A stretch of 46,971 bases of DNA, the filler included, from Pseudomonadota bacterium (GTDB lineage: Bacteria; Bdellovibrionota_F; JAHFAK01; JBDREC01): the NCBI GenBank assembly GCA_043820105.1. It is 5 parts of 5 records of this genome, joined end to end, with 100 filler letters (N's around TTAATTAATTAA, not from the genome) between each part and the next. Parts side by side here need not be neighbours in the genome. Positions count along the whole stretch, not along the records: positions 1 to 5,932 come from JBDREC010000106.1; positions 6,033 to 10,573 come from JBDREC010000107.1; 3 more parts are not named here. One strand, given 5' to 3'. Below, one piece after another: positions 1-9,904 of this stretch. The notes beneath the pieces were generated by a model that was given only the letters and a program-made list of their open reading frames with translations, was not told the DNA's origin and did not search any database. The position numbers and the translations under genes are program-made. Within the stretch, counting starts at the first letter, position 1, and every line of letters begins with the position of its first letter.

Positions 1-144
1 GGGAATACAATAAGCCTTTAATAATAAAATATTTTTATTGCTTGAATAAGGAGTGTGGGCATTAGCTTTTTGAAAAAGAGGTTTTGTAATGTTTTTTATG
101 TGCCCGATCTATTGTTTAGGTATTCAAATTGGAGTTGATCCATA
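1..144. repeat. Right arm of a long imperfect inverted repeat (foldback/MITE-like element); partner arm at ~38500-38640
   Basis: 1-32 is identical to 38647-38678; 65-99 is the exact reverse complement of 38538-38572; 108-144 is the reverse complement of 20246-20282 with one mismatch. Confidence 0.8.
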
Positions 145-158
145 TATTATTAATAAAA

Positions 159-323
159 TCACTTTACCGTTAACACGAGCCCTATGGCTACACCATAAAT
201 TGTACTTATCCATGGATTTGATGTAAGAGGACAAGTGCCTGTTGAACAACCGATAAAGCGATAATATGCATATCCCAAAATACCGCCCAATAAAACACCA
301 AGAATTATTTTAAAAGATATCAT
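159..323 (-). CDS. Small membrane protein, DUF6132-like (copy 1), 54 aa; not in ORF track
   Basis: Manual translation MISFKIILGVLLGGILGYAYYRFIGCSTGTCPLTSNPWISTIYGVAIGLVLTVK; two hydrophobic helices around GCxxGxCPxTSNP; GGAG RBS upstream; a second copy conserves the frame. Confidence 0.85.
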   Translation of the reverse strand: MISFKIILGVLLGGILGYAYYRFIGCSTGTCPLTSNPWISTIYGVAIGLVLTVK

Positions 324-526
324 GAAATACTCCAATGATTATTTTATATACACTTATCCATTTATCTCCATATGTCAATTCTTTTTTCAAAAAATACCCG
401 CATTAATGGCCGGTTCGGACCCTAGAACCTTTACTTATCACTAAAACTTTTACACTTTAACATAAAAAAAACCCGCGACCCCAACGCAACACCTTAAATT
501 CATTGGCTTTTGCCGAACATACGCTT

Positions 527-542
527 GGGCATAAGCCTTGCT
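527..542 (+). promoter_or_regulatory. Sigma-54 (RpoN) -24/-12 promoter candidate
   Basis: GGGCATAAGCCTTGCT has GG-N10-GC spacing with GGCA and TTGCW; ~40 nt upstream of ATG 584. Confidence 0.65.
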
Positions 543-583
543 ATATAATAAAACTACTGCTTTTTAAGGGATAGGGTTCTAAA

Positions 584-3500
584 ATGATTAAAACTTGCTT
601 AAAATCTATTACTTTTTTATTAATATTCATTAATTTATATGCAATTCAAGATCAAGGAAGCCCGGAAAACACACAAAATCTTATAAGTGAAATAACTCAA
701 CCCTTTAGTGAACAAAGCGTTGACAGACATGTTTTGCTTGCTCTAAGTGAAAATCATGCAATGGAATTGATGTCTTATGGTTTGATGGAAGAAGCTTCGA
801 GCATTTTGGAATATATTTCTATTCTTTATGACGAGCAAAATGATTATGAAGGGCAAACATTTGCCCTGGCAAGATCCGGCTTCTGTGCTGGAGATTTTGA
901 TAAAGCCCTGGCCTATTTATATCAAATTCCAGACTCTTCTGAACTTAGTACATTTAAAAAGGAATTAATCACTCAAATTACCCAGGCTAAAAATCATGCT
1001 AAAATTCAAAAACAAAATTTCCCTTTAATTGCTTCCCTTGAATTAATGCGCCTCAAAGCCCTTGATGAACTAGGTTTTTATAAATGGACAGAAAAAGAAA
1101 TAAAATCAAATGAACCTGAAATGAATTACAAAACCCTTAAGGCCCACATAATTCAAAAGGGTATTGATGAAATAATAATAAAAATCGCCCAAGGTGCTTA
1201 CAATAACCTTGAAACAGCATTTGAAAATTTTGCAAGCTTTACCTCCATCAAAGAAGGCTATGGAATAGAAAATGAACATGACTTGCCCTGGACAGTAATT
1301 GGAGATCAATTATATTATGGTGTAAAAAGAGCCATCACTGGTGACTTAAGGGCAATGACTGGTGACGAATTAAAGGATATGCTAATTGATCTTGAGGTTG
1401 ATGTTAAAGGTTTTATTGCATTATCAAATATAACTGATACCAGAAAAAGAGAAAACTGGTTATATGAATATGTAAAAGAAATAAGAAGTGACAGATTTTA
1501 TTTTGGAAGCTATCCATTTGTCACAGTAATCAATATCTTAAAAGCTTTAATTGAATCCAAAAATCCATATACAAGAAACAATGCAAAAATTCTTTATGAT
1601 AAAGTAAGTGGAAATCGTTCTTTTTCAGGATTTTCAGATGCAGAGTTCAATACCTTGTTAAAAGAAGGCACAAAAGAAGCGATTCCCATGGTCTTGGCCA
1701 TGATAGTAGCCTCCCCTGCTGCCGCAATGGCAAGAGGCATAACAGCAGCAGCCGTTATTACTGAAAGCTATGAACTTGTAAGAATTGGATCTGCTGCAGC
1801 TAAATCCTCCAGGCTTTTATGGGCAGGTTCTAAGGCTAGCAAAGCAGGCCTTTTGGCCCAAAGCCTTGCATTCTCAACAGAAGTAGTGGTCTTTTATGTT
1901 GCAAATCAGGTTTTTCGAAAAATTTTAATAGGAAGTGATATTGAAATGTCTATTTCAGGTGTCTTACATACTGCCTTATTCCTTGGGGGCCTAAAAACAG
2001 TTATGAAGTTTTGGTCAAAGAGTTTTGGAGCATTACTAAAAACAATTAGTGAAAAAGCCCCCATATATAAGCCTATCCTTGGAGTAATAAATAGCTCAGG
2101 AGTTTTCTATGCTGAACTTGCTTCCTTTGTTTTACTAGGAAGACTTGGTGAATTATTGAATCTTGCTCCAAAACAGGATCTTTCTTTCAGGCAGGAAATC
2201 TTTTTAGCGGGAATGACTCTTACACAGCTTAGATTAGCAATGTCAGCTGGAAAATTAAGCACCAAATATTTTGGTGAAGTTGAATTTGCAAAACAAAGAC
2301 TTGATGCCACAGAAGACATGTTAAAACAAAACAAATTAAGAGGCCTTATAAGAAGTGAAGCTGAATTTCATGAAAGTTTAGATATTATTAGCTCCACAAG
2401 ATCATATCTTGATTCAATTGGACGACTCCTTGACCCTAAATATCAACTTGCCTATGAAAGTGCAAATGCAGGCTCATCAAGCCAAAACCCTCAAAACCCT
2501 GGATCAGGCCAAGTTTCAGAAATGGGACTAGTTGATTTTGTTAAAAGAAACATTGGGCTAGGTGGAACTAAAGCTCAAAAGGATCAATCTTCAGATAAAG
2601 GCAACGAAAGCAGAACCACACCTCAAGCAAGAGCAACCATAGAAATGCTTGAGCTAAGCAGTGATCCTGTTAATAGCAATTTGGTAATTACACGTCAGTC
2701 AAAACTTTCAGGCGTTGATATGACAGGTTCGACTCTTTCAGAAGCTTCTGTAACAATAGATAAAACATCTTTTGGATATAATATTGAATCAGGTCACAAC
2801 CAAGCTGGCTGGGTTTACTATAGAACAGCTAGAGGTGGAAAAAATAAAGTTAATTCAAATACTCTTTTAGAACCAGGAACAGAGGTTCAAATAGGTGGCT
2901 TCTGGTTTAGACTGCCTGCTTTAAAAAGCGGAATTCGTGGTGCTCAAATTGATGGCTCAAATGGAAACCCAAAAGTTTTAGATGCCCTAAACCGCCTTTA
3001 TCCTGGAGAAGAAATCATCCTAGGAAGAGATATGAATTTTGGTGGTCTAGACCTTAGCAAACCATCGGTTAGCACACAACATGCCAAGTTGTATAGAGCT
3101 CCAGACGGACAACTGTATATAATGGATCTTGGTTCAACAAATGGGACTTTTATCAGAACTTTTCACTCGAATTTTTCACGAATTCGAGCCCATCAATGGT
3201 ATCCTTTATCTGCGGGATTTGAAGTTTCATTTGGTCTTGTGGGTTTTACAACTCCTGCAAGAAGGCCTAATCATCCACTTAGTCACAGAGGATTTCCCAA
3301 AGGAAGCAGCTCTGACACAGTCTACATTGAAAAGGGAGCAAGCCCCCATCACCCTAAAGTTATTTATAAAAATGACTTAGGAATAAAATTTATTACAGAT
3401 AGTGAAATAAAGAGAGTAAACCTTCACAGAGAAGACTTAACTTTTAAACATTTAGACATGAATTATGGAGTAACTCTTGATGGAAAGTTTGTTATTCCTC

Positions 3501-3904
3501 AACTTGGATTCAGAGGCTGTGTTGCTGCTTGCGCATCAATGCTAGCCATGGATTATGGTAAAGGCCCAGACATGAGATATTGGCGTGAGACCAATTTATC
3601 TAACCATGAATCAGCTGCAGGTATTCTTGGAAGGTTGGGTATTAATACAAGAATAATTCCTTTAGAAGGCAACAATTCTCAAAGAGCCCATAACTTAGAA
3701 CTATTATTACAGCAATATGGCTCAACAATGCTTAGCATAGGTGGAGAACTTGGTGGCCATATGATAATCATAGATTATTTTTCACCATCTCAAAACACAG
3801 CAATCATAAGAGATCCCCACCATGGCTGGTCAATCACAACAACAGCTGAGGCAATCACTCAAAGAGGGATAGGTGATATTTTAGTTGTTGAATCTGTTTT
3901 ATAA
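584..3904 (+). CDS. Secreted multidomain protein: signal peptide, helical region, hydrophobic central region, FHA domain, C-terminal C39-like/papain-fold cysteine peptidase
   Basis: N-terminal signal peptide; FHA signature GRD...SVSTQH...DLGSTNGTF; C-terminal Q-x5-C (PQLGFRGCVAAC), H (GGHMIII), D (IRDPHHG). Confidence 0.8.
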   Translation: MIKTCLKSITFLLIFINLYAIQDQGSPENTQNLISEITQPFSEQSVDRHVLLALSENHAMELMSYGLMEEASSILEYISILYDEQNDYEGQTFALARSGFCAGDFDKALAYLYQIPDSSELSTFKKELITQITQAKNHAKIQKQNFPLIASLELMRLKALDELGFYKWTEKEIKSNEPEMNYKTLKAHIIQKGIDEIIIKIAQGAYNNLETAFENFASFTSIKEGYGIENEHDLPWTVIGDQLYYGVKRAITGDLRAMTGDELKDMLIDLEVDVKGFIALSNITDTRKRENWLYEYVKEIRSDRFYFGSYPFVTVINILKALIESKNPYTRNNAKILYDKVSGNRSFSGFSDAEFNTLLKEGTKEAIPMVLAMIVASPAAAMARGITAAAVITESYELVRIGSAAAKSSRLLWAGSKASKAGLLAQSLAFSTEVVVFYVANQVFRKILIGSDIEMSISGVLHTALFLGGLKTVMKFWSKSFGALLKTISEKAPIYKPILGVINSSGVFYAELASFVLLGRLGELLNLAPKQDLSFRQEIFLAGMTLTQLRLAMSAGKLSTKYFGEVEFAKQRLDATEDMLKQNKLRGLIRSEAEFHESLDIISSTRSYLDSIGRLLDPKYQLAYESANAGSSSQNPQNPGSGQVSEMGLVDFVKRNIGLGGTKAQKDQSSDKGNESRTTPQARATIEMLELSSDPVNSNLVITRQSKLSGVDMTGSTLSEASVTIDKTSFGYNIESGHNQAGWVYYRTARGGKNKVNSNTLLEPGTEVQIGGFWFRLPALKSGIRGAQIDGSNGNPKVLDALNRLYPGEEIILGRDMNFGGLDLSKPSVSTQHAKLYRAPDGQLYIMDLGSTNGTFIRTFHSNFSRIRAHQWYPLSAGFEVSFGLVGFTTPARRPNHPLSHRGFPKGSSSDTVYIEKGASPHHPKVIYKNDLGIKFITDSEIKRVNLHREDLTFKHLDMNYGVTLDGKFVIPQLGFRGCVAACASMLAMDYGKGPDMRYWRETNLSNHESAAGILGRLGINTRIIPLEGNNSQRAHNLELLLQQYGSTMLSIGGELGGHMIIIDYFSPSQNTAIIRDPHHGWSITTTAEAITQRGIGDILVVESVL

Positions 3905-3907
3905 GCA

Positions 3908-4072
3908 TCATTTCACAGTCAAAACAAGCCCAATAGCTACACCATAAATTGTACTAATCCAAGGATTTGATGTCAAAGGACAAGCTCCACTAGAACAACC
4001 AATAAATCTATAATACGCATAACCCAAAATTCCACCAAACAACACACCCAAAATAATCTTTAAAGAAATCAT
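3908..4072 (-). CDS. Small membrane protein, DUF6132-like (copy 2), 54 aa; not in ORF track
   Basis: MISLKIILGVLFGGILGYAYYRFIGCSSGACPLTSNPWISTIYGVAIGLVLTVK; 50/54 residues identical to 159-323; AGGAG RBS. Confidence 0.85.
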   Translation of the reverse strand: MISLKIILGVLFGGILGYAYYRFIGCSSGACPLTSNPWISTIYGVAIGLVLTVK

Positions 4073-4545
4073 TAAATACTCCTTATGAATTTATTATATA
4101 TATATCCATCTATTTCTATATGTCAATAACTTAAATACAAATAAGGATCATCTGTCTTTCTTTTCTCAATTAAACTTTATTAAAACTTAAAAATCAGACC
4201 ACAATTGCAATCGATTATCATACAAGCTATATTCCAGCGCAAGTGATCATAAAACTTGCATTTCAGCAGAGTGACAATTTTTGTTGCTTTTTGCTTTTGA
4301 CATGCTTCTGAAATTCTTATTTTCCAACAATATTCAACAATTAGAAAACCAAGCATTGCAGTGAAGATACCCAAATAGCAAATATTATTATTATTTTTAC
4401 GTTTTTTGCTAAATATAACCTAAACATAGCAAAACTGCCTGCAATAAGTATGCCTTTTCATACTTTTTCATTGATCTTTCTATGAGTTTAATATATTCTT
4501 ATGTATTAAAGGTGCCAATGTCAAAACAACATGCTTGAGGTTTAA

Positions 4546-5874
4546 ATGAAACGTAAAATATATGATAAATTAAAATACTGGAAAAATTCAAAAACTAGAA
4601 AACCTTTAATTATCCAGGGAGCCAGACAGGTTGGCAAAAGTTATATTTTAAATGAGTTTGGCAAAAATGAATTTAAAAACCATTATAACTTTAATTTTGA
4701 AAAAGATAAAAAATTAAAAAGCATTTTCGAAGAAAGTTTTGATCCTGATAGAATCATCAAAGATCTAAGTTTTTATTTGCAAAAACCAATTATTCAAAAT
4801 GAAGATTTAATAATATTTGACGAAATTCAGGAATGTCCTAAGGCTATCACTAGCTTAAAATATTTTTCTGAAGAAAAACCAAATCTTGCTATTTGTTGCG
4901 CAGGATCCCTTATTGGAGTCACATTATCAAAAGAATCTTTTCCTGTTGGCAAGGTAAATTTTCTGAATTTATACCCAATGGATTTTGAAGAATTTATTTT
5001 AGCATCAAATAATGAAATAACAATTAACACATTTTATTCCTTTCTAAATAAAGAAAATATTTCTGGTTTGATGCATTCTCACCTCTGGGACCAATTAACT
5101 CAGTATTTTGTTATAGGTGGAATGCCTCAGGTAATCTCAAACTATATGCTCAGTGATGAAGATCCATTATTAAAATTTAATTCAGCCAGAACTCTTCAGA
5201 AAGATATTATGAATTCATACTTCAAAGATTTTGCAAAGCATGCAGGTAAAACAAATTCAATGCACATTGCTCAAACATTTGAAAATGTTCCTGTCCAGTT
5301 GGCAAAAACCATAGACGATTCTACTTCAAGATTCAAATTTAAAGGTGTTTTGGAAAATAAAAGAAGTTATAATGAGCTGCAAGGGCCCATCTCCTGGCTT
5401 TCAAAAGCAGGCTTAGCTTTAAAAGTAAAAATATGCAATAAAGCTCAAATTCCATTTAAAGCATTTTCAAAAGATAATATTTTTAAGTTATTTTTATTTG
5501 ATACCGGTTTACTTGGTGCTATGCTTGAAATTCCAACAAATTCATTGATCAATCAAGACTATGGAATGACTAAAGGTTTTTTTGCTGAAAATTTTATTGC
5601 CCAGGAATTATCCGCGAACCTGGACAAGGAAATATACTCTTGGTCTGAAAGAAATTCTGAAATTGAATTTTTACTTGAATTTAATTCCAAAATCATTCCG
5701 CTTGAAGTTAAATCAGGAACAAGAACTCAAGCTAAAAGCTTAAGCGAATATATAAAAAAATATTCACCGGAAATTGCAATTAAACTATCTAACAATCCTC
5801 CAAATTATAATAACAAGAATATCATTAAAAATCTGCCACTATACTCAGGAGGTAATTTAACTAAATTTCTATAA
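4546..5874 (+). CDS. AAA+ ATP-binding protein, AAA_14 + DUF4143 family
   Basis: Walker A GARQVGKS, Walker B IIFDEIQ, GGMP motif, C-terminal EIEF...PLEVKSG. Confidence 0.9.
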   Translation: MKRKIYDKLKYWKNSKTRKPLIIQGARQVGKSYILNEFGKNEFKNHYNFNFEKDKKLKSIFEESFDPDRIIKDLSFYLQKPIIQNEDLIIFDEIQECPKAITSLKYFSEEKPNLAICCAGSLIGVTLSKESFPVGKVNFLNLYPMDFEEFILASNNEITINTFYSFLNKENISGLMHSHLWDQLTQYFVIGGMPQVISNYMLSDEDPLLKFNSARTLQKDIMNSYFKDFAKHAGKTNSMHIAQTFENVPVQLAKTIDDSTSRFKFKGVLENKRSYNELQGPISWLSKAGLALKVKICNKAQIPFKAFSKDNIFKLFLFDTGLLGAMLEIPTNSLINQDYGMTKGFFAENFIAQELSANLDKEIYSWSERNSEIEFLLEFNSKIIPLEVKSGTRTQAKSLSEYIKKYSPEIAIKLSNNPPNYNNKNIIKNLPLYSGGNLTKFL

Positions 5875-5932
5875 ACATAAAATCTCCTTAATTAAAAAAC
5901 ATTCCGGCAGGCAAACACCAATGCCTCAACGC

Positions 5933-6032
5933 NNNNNNNNNNNNNNNNNNNNNNNNNNNNNNNNNNNNNNNNNNNNTTAATTAATTAANNNNNNNNNNNN
6001 NNNNNNNNNNNNNNNNNNNNNNNNNNNNNNNN
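5933..6032. other. Artificial contig linker
   Basis: N44-TTAATTAATTAA-N44 (stops in all frames), identical at four places. Confidence 0.98.
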
Positions 6033-6142
6033 AGCTTATAATCCATGCATGTTTAATGGGGGATAGACTTAGTTTTTTAACGGACCAATTGAAAAAATGT
6101 TTAGCTTTTTGCTTAATAATTAAGCAAAACCACCAAAATCAA

Positions 6143-6324
6143 AGACCCATTTTAGACCCATTCTAGAAGAATCTACAAGAAAACTAAAGAAAATAGGGGA
6201 AAATAAAAGCAAATCAAAAGCGGCGAACACTTATAAAACAATGAAATCATACACTCAAATGACGCAAAGCGACCGTACCACATACGTACCAAACCGATAG
6301 TAGGTCAATAGTAGGCCCATAGTA
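6143..6324. repeat. Three sets of short direct repeats at 11-bp spacing; putative integrase arm-type sites
   Basis: AGACCCATT at 6143/6154, CGTACCA at 6274/6285, ATAGTA(GG) at 6297/6308/6319; just upstream of a tRNA 3' fragment. Confidence 0.55.
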
Positions 6325-6452
6325 ATTTCAAGTACTTGCAAACGTCAAATTTTAATATTGGATCTTGGAATTCAAAGCTAGTGCAACTTGATTTAATCAA
6401 TTTAATTAAGGTGTTATCGGGTTTGACCAAGGTGTTTTCAGGATAAAATCAA

Positions 6453-6506
6453 CAGACTTAGGATCTGGTGCCGTGAGGTGTGGGGGTTCGAGTCCCCCCT
6501 CTCGCA
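6453..6506 (+). pseudogene. 3' fragment of tRNA-Leu(TAG); likely att site of an integrated element
   Basis: Anticodon arm CAGA-CTTAGGA-TCTG, long variable arm, T-arm GGGGGTTCGAGTCCCCC, acceptor 3' strand CTCTCGCA; no 5' acceptor strand (GCGAGAG) or D-arm upstream. Confidence 0.85.
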
Positions 6507-7012
6507 TCTTCCCAAAATCCCTATCTCATCCAATAAAGATAAACACTTGATGAAAATTTCACAATTTTTTTAGCCTTGTATTTAATATCGTCAGTCATTT
6601 CAGAAAAAGTAAAAAAGGAATGGCTATGGAGCTTATCATCATGCAAATTCTTGCCTATTGCAAATAAATGCTCTTTGGGAAAGATGCAATAATCCGATCC
6701 CTTTGAGCTTTAAACAGGCTCCAGATAGTATTTAAACAAAAAACAATAGGAAAGGTGCACCTAAAATTAACGCTTTTATAAAATTTCCGGAAAAGTTTAC
6801 CAAATTGATTGCCGGCTTTTGAATAATTATTGCTCTAATGAAAAATTCTCATCGATTAACATCTTTTTTTAACTTTTATGCCTATTTATTATGCAGCCAA
6901 AATAAAATCGCCTAATTTAGGTTAGAAATAATTTAGTAAGCTATTTTTTTATTGAAATTGACAAATAAAACTAATAGGTTTTAATTTCCATAATTTTCAT
7001 TTTGGAGTTTTT

Positions 7013-7666
7013 ATGGAAACAACCTATAAGCAATCACTTTCAAAAGGTCTTAGTCTGCTTTTTTACTTATTATTAATTTATGATATTATTGATAAAATTA
7101 TAATTAAAGCTTTTGTTTATTCATTCATTAACTTACAAAATCATGAGATATATTCATATGCTATTTTAACCAATCTTGTAACAAATTCGATATTTCAATT
7201 AATTTTATTATATGCAATATTCTTATTACTCCCAAGTGATTTAAAAATACCTAAAATTGATATTTTAAGACCCTTTTTAATAATTATGCCAATTATAGCC
7301 CTAATGCAAAATGGTGTATGGCTTTTATTTGCAAAAAAGGAAAACCTCACTTTAAAATATTACTTAATAAATTTTGATATAGTACATTATATATTATTTT
7401 ATATTGGTCTTTATTTTCTATTTTATCATCTCTGCAAATTGCTTGAAAATACTAAACTATCTGAATTATTTCTAAAGATTATGTACATTAATATCTCTTT
7501 GAAATTAGTATTATTGTTAACAAAAATAGGTGGTTTCAAATCAATGCTTTTTCATTTTATTTTAGGATTTGCACATTTTCTTGTTTTTATATTTCTTCTT
7601 AAGGCAATATACTCACTCAATAAAAGCCTTAAGGTAGGTTCCATAAGAAACAATTCAATTTCATAG
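7013..7666 (+). CDS. Hypothetical polytopic membrane protein
   Basis: About six hydrophobic segments, GGAG RBS, very low GC; no recognisable motif. Confidence 0.7.
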   Translation: METTYKQSLSKGLSLLFYLLLIYDIIDKIIIKAFVYSFINLQNHEIYSYAILTNLVTNSIFQLILLYAIFLLLPSDLKIPKIDILRPFLIIMPIIALMQNGVWLLFAKKENLTLKYYLINFDIVHYILFYIGLYFLFYHLCKLLENTKLSELFLKIMYINISLKLVLLLTKIGGFKSMLFHFILGFAHFLVFIFLLKAIYSLNKSLKVGSIRNNSIS

Positions 7667-7732
7667 AGTAAAATTACTTGCTAAATATAAAATTAGAATA
7701 TTATTAGAATTTAACAACTAGTCGTCATTTAT

Positions 7733-8965
7733 TTAGAAACTAAAAACGGTCCTAAACATAGCTCTAATATTATCATTGTCAGTTCCATTGACATAACCTG
7801 TTTTCATGTAAGGAACTTCCAGGCTCAAGGTCCAGTTATTTGTTAGCTTATAATTTGCATTTCCAAATGCTGTGAAGTTATATGATCTTTGGGTGGCTGT
7901 CAGGTCTCCATTGTCAGGGTTATCAATACCTGCTCCAAAGTGAAAATTTAGTTTGTTGCCTGGCTTGAGCGTCAACTGTCCCCAGTAACCGTGTGTGGTA
8001 ATTACTGTTGCATCAGTTGCTGTGGTGTTAACTCCTTGAATAACCCCAGCGAAAAAACTGTTTATATTTTCACCATAAAAGAATTCACCTAGAAAATCTA
8101 CATATTTGCTGCTTAACTTGAGATCATATCCAGCCAGCCACACAGGAAGTGTTACATCAACTGCTGTAACTGGAGTTGTGGTGTCATCATCTCTGTGTAT
8201 TTTTTCTCTGCCATAAACTCCTGATACACCTGTTGAAAGCCATGACATGTCATATCCTGCTCTTCCAATAAAGAAAGGCATATTTGATTGTTCACCATCA
8301 TTGATTATATCATTAACAGAATCAGTTGTTGTCATGTTCGCGCCCATTGGTCTAGTCGCACTTGCTTCAAACTTGAAACCACTGTTTCTGTAAGTATATT
8401 TAATTTGTGGTAATCTCATCCAGGGATTTCCACTTGCACCCAAAGCAATCCAGGTTCCAGTAGCAGGAAATAAAGGCAAGAAATGTGCAAATGTTTGACC
8501 TAATAAAAATGAATGTTGTTTTGTATCCCATGAAACATAGGCTTGCTTTAATCTTAAAAGTGGAGAATAAACGCTCATACTGCCAGTTAAAAAACCACCA
8601 ACAAAGTCAGCTTCAACTTTTGCATTTACATCACCACCTAAAAGTGCTTTTGGATAGTTTAAAGCTAAGCCAAGTTTTGAAGCTCTGACTGCCATACTAA
8701 AAGAGTCTTCCTGGCCATTGTAAGTATTGTTTGGATATACAAAGATATACCAGTCACTGACATAAACACTTGTGGTATCATAATAAGTAACCATATCCAT
8801 AGCTCCATAAAGTTTCATTGAAGCTCCACCTTTAAAGACAAATTTATAGGGATCCTGTAAGTTTTCAGCTTCATTGTTTTCTTGAACAACATTTTCTTCT
8901 TGAGCAAGTAAATTGAATTGAGATACCATTAAAAGAAATAATAAAACAGCTATTAACTTTTTCAT
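7733..8965 (-). CDS. Outer-membrane porin, DcaP-like
   Basis: Start moved to ATG 8965 (MKKLIAV signal peptide, AAGGA RBS); KVEADF, RLKQAY, GQT, RLPQIKY motifs; amphipathic beta strands and terminal Phe. Confidence 0.75.
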   Translation of the reverse strand: MKKLIAVLLFLLMVSQFNLLAQEENVVQENNEAENLQDPYKFVFKGGASMKLYGAMDMVTYYDTTSVYVSDWYIFVYPNNTYNGQEDSFSMAVRASKLGLALNYPKALLGGDVNAKVEADFVGGFLTGSMSVYSPLLRLKQAYVSWDTKQHSFLLGQTFAHFLPLFPATGTWIALGASGNPWMRLPQIKYTYRNSGFKFEASATRPMGANMTTTDSVNDIINDGEQSNMPFFIGRAGYDMSWLSTGVSGVYGREKIHRDDDTTTPVTAVDVTLPVWLAGYDLKLSSKYVDFLGEFFYGENINSFFAGVIQGVNTTATDATVITTHGYWGQLTLKPGNKLNFHFGAGIDNPDNGDLTATQRSYNFTAFGNANYKLTNNWTLSLEVPYMKTGYVNGTDNDNIRAMFRTVFSF

Positions 8966-9046
8966 GGCACTTCCTTTATCATTAAATTTCAAAGATTAGT
9001 ATTAATTTAAAACATTGTTTTTTATAGTCAATAAAATTGGCTAATG

Positions 9047-9087
9047 CTTGTTCCCTTGTTCTCTTGTTCCCTTGCGCTCTTGTTCTG
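9047..9087. repeat. Short octamer tandem repeat (CTTGTTCY)
   Basis: cttgttcc cttgttct cttgttcc cttgcgct cttgttct, intergenic. Confidence 0.7.
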
Positions 9088-9099
9088 CAACTCGATATA

Positions 9100-9666
9100 T
9101 TATTGCGTTTGAGTATGATATTTTTTCAATTCTTTCTCCAGAAAACGTGAATTACCGATGGCTTTATCAAGATCTTCCCAAAATCGCTTTCCATGATTAT
9201 GATGACGGATATGAAAAAGTTCATGGATAATTACGTAATCTATAAGTTTCCCTGGCAGTCGCATTAATTGAATATTTAAGTTAATATTATTATTAGTTGA
9301 ACAGCTGCCCCATCTTGAGGACATGTTTTTTAAGGATATTTTATTTACTTTAAAACCAAGCTTTTGTGCAAGCATATTAGTTCTTTTTGGCAAATAGTTA
9401 AGAGCCCTATTCTGCAGGCTATTAACAAGATCTGCCTCTAATGGCTTCTGTTTACTTTCATAATCCTTCATCTTAATCTGAGCTTTTTTAATCCATTCCT
9501 TTCTTTTTTCTAGAACGCTTATTCCTTCCTTATAAGAAGCATAATATGGAATAGATATGCGAACATCTTTAAATGGTTGAATAGAAATGATAAAACGCTT
9601 TGCTCGCTTGGTTTTAACAAGATTGATATTTCCGATTTCTTCTATGAAGATAGTTTTATTGGACAT
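9100..9666 (-). CDS. YgjP/DUF45-like zinc metallohydrolase (M48/SprT-like)
   Basis: SRWGSCS and DYVIIHELFH..HHNH...FW motifs; AGGAG RBS. Confidence 0.9.
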   Translation of the reverse strand: MSNKTIFIEEIGNINLVKTKRAKRFIISIQPFKDVRISIPYYASYKEGISVLEKRKEWIKKAQIKMKDYESKQKPLEADLVNSLQNRALNYLPKRTNMLAQKLGFKVNKISLKNMSSRWGSCSTNNNINLNIQLMRLPGKLIDYVIIHELFHIRHHNHGKRFWEDLDKAIGNSRFLEKELKKYHTQTQ

Positions 9667-9904
9667 TTTATTAAAAAATCTCCTAAAACAAACTTATAGT
9701 AGTAAAATTATTTAATTTCATTTTCACATCATATGGAAAACTTAGTGATAATAGACTTTGTGCAAATAATGTATTAAAAATCAAGGGAAAGAATTTACAT
9801 TTCTCAAACAATTTATTGAACATCCCTGCTACTAATTTTATTGACTTAAAAGTTTAAGTTTAGTTTTCCATTAAAGGTTTAAATTCAATTAGAAGGTTAC
9901 TAAA

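Noticed and set aside
4180..4374. 64-aa minus-strand ORF upstream of the AAA ATPase
   Set aside because: No RBS or motif; likely intergenic.
4546..5874. AAA/DUF4143 ATPase as a novel defence system
   Set aside because: Very common stand-alone family with no partner genes visible here.
6453..6506. Functional tRNA-Leu gene
   Set aside because: The 5' acceptor strand and D-arm are missing.
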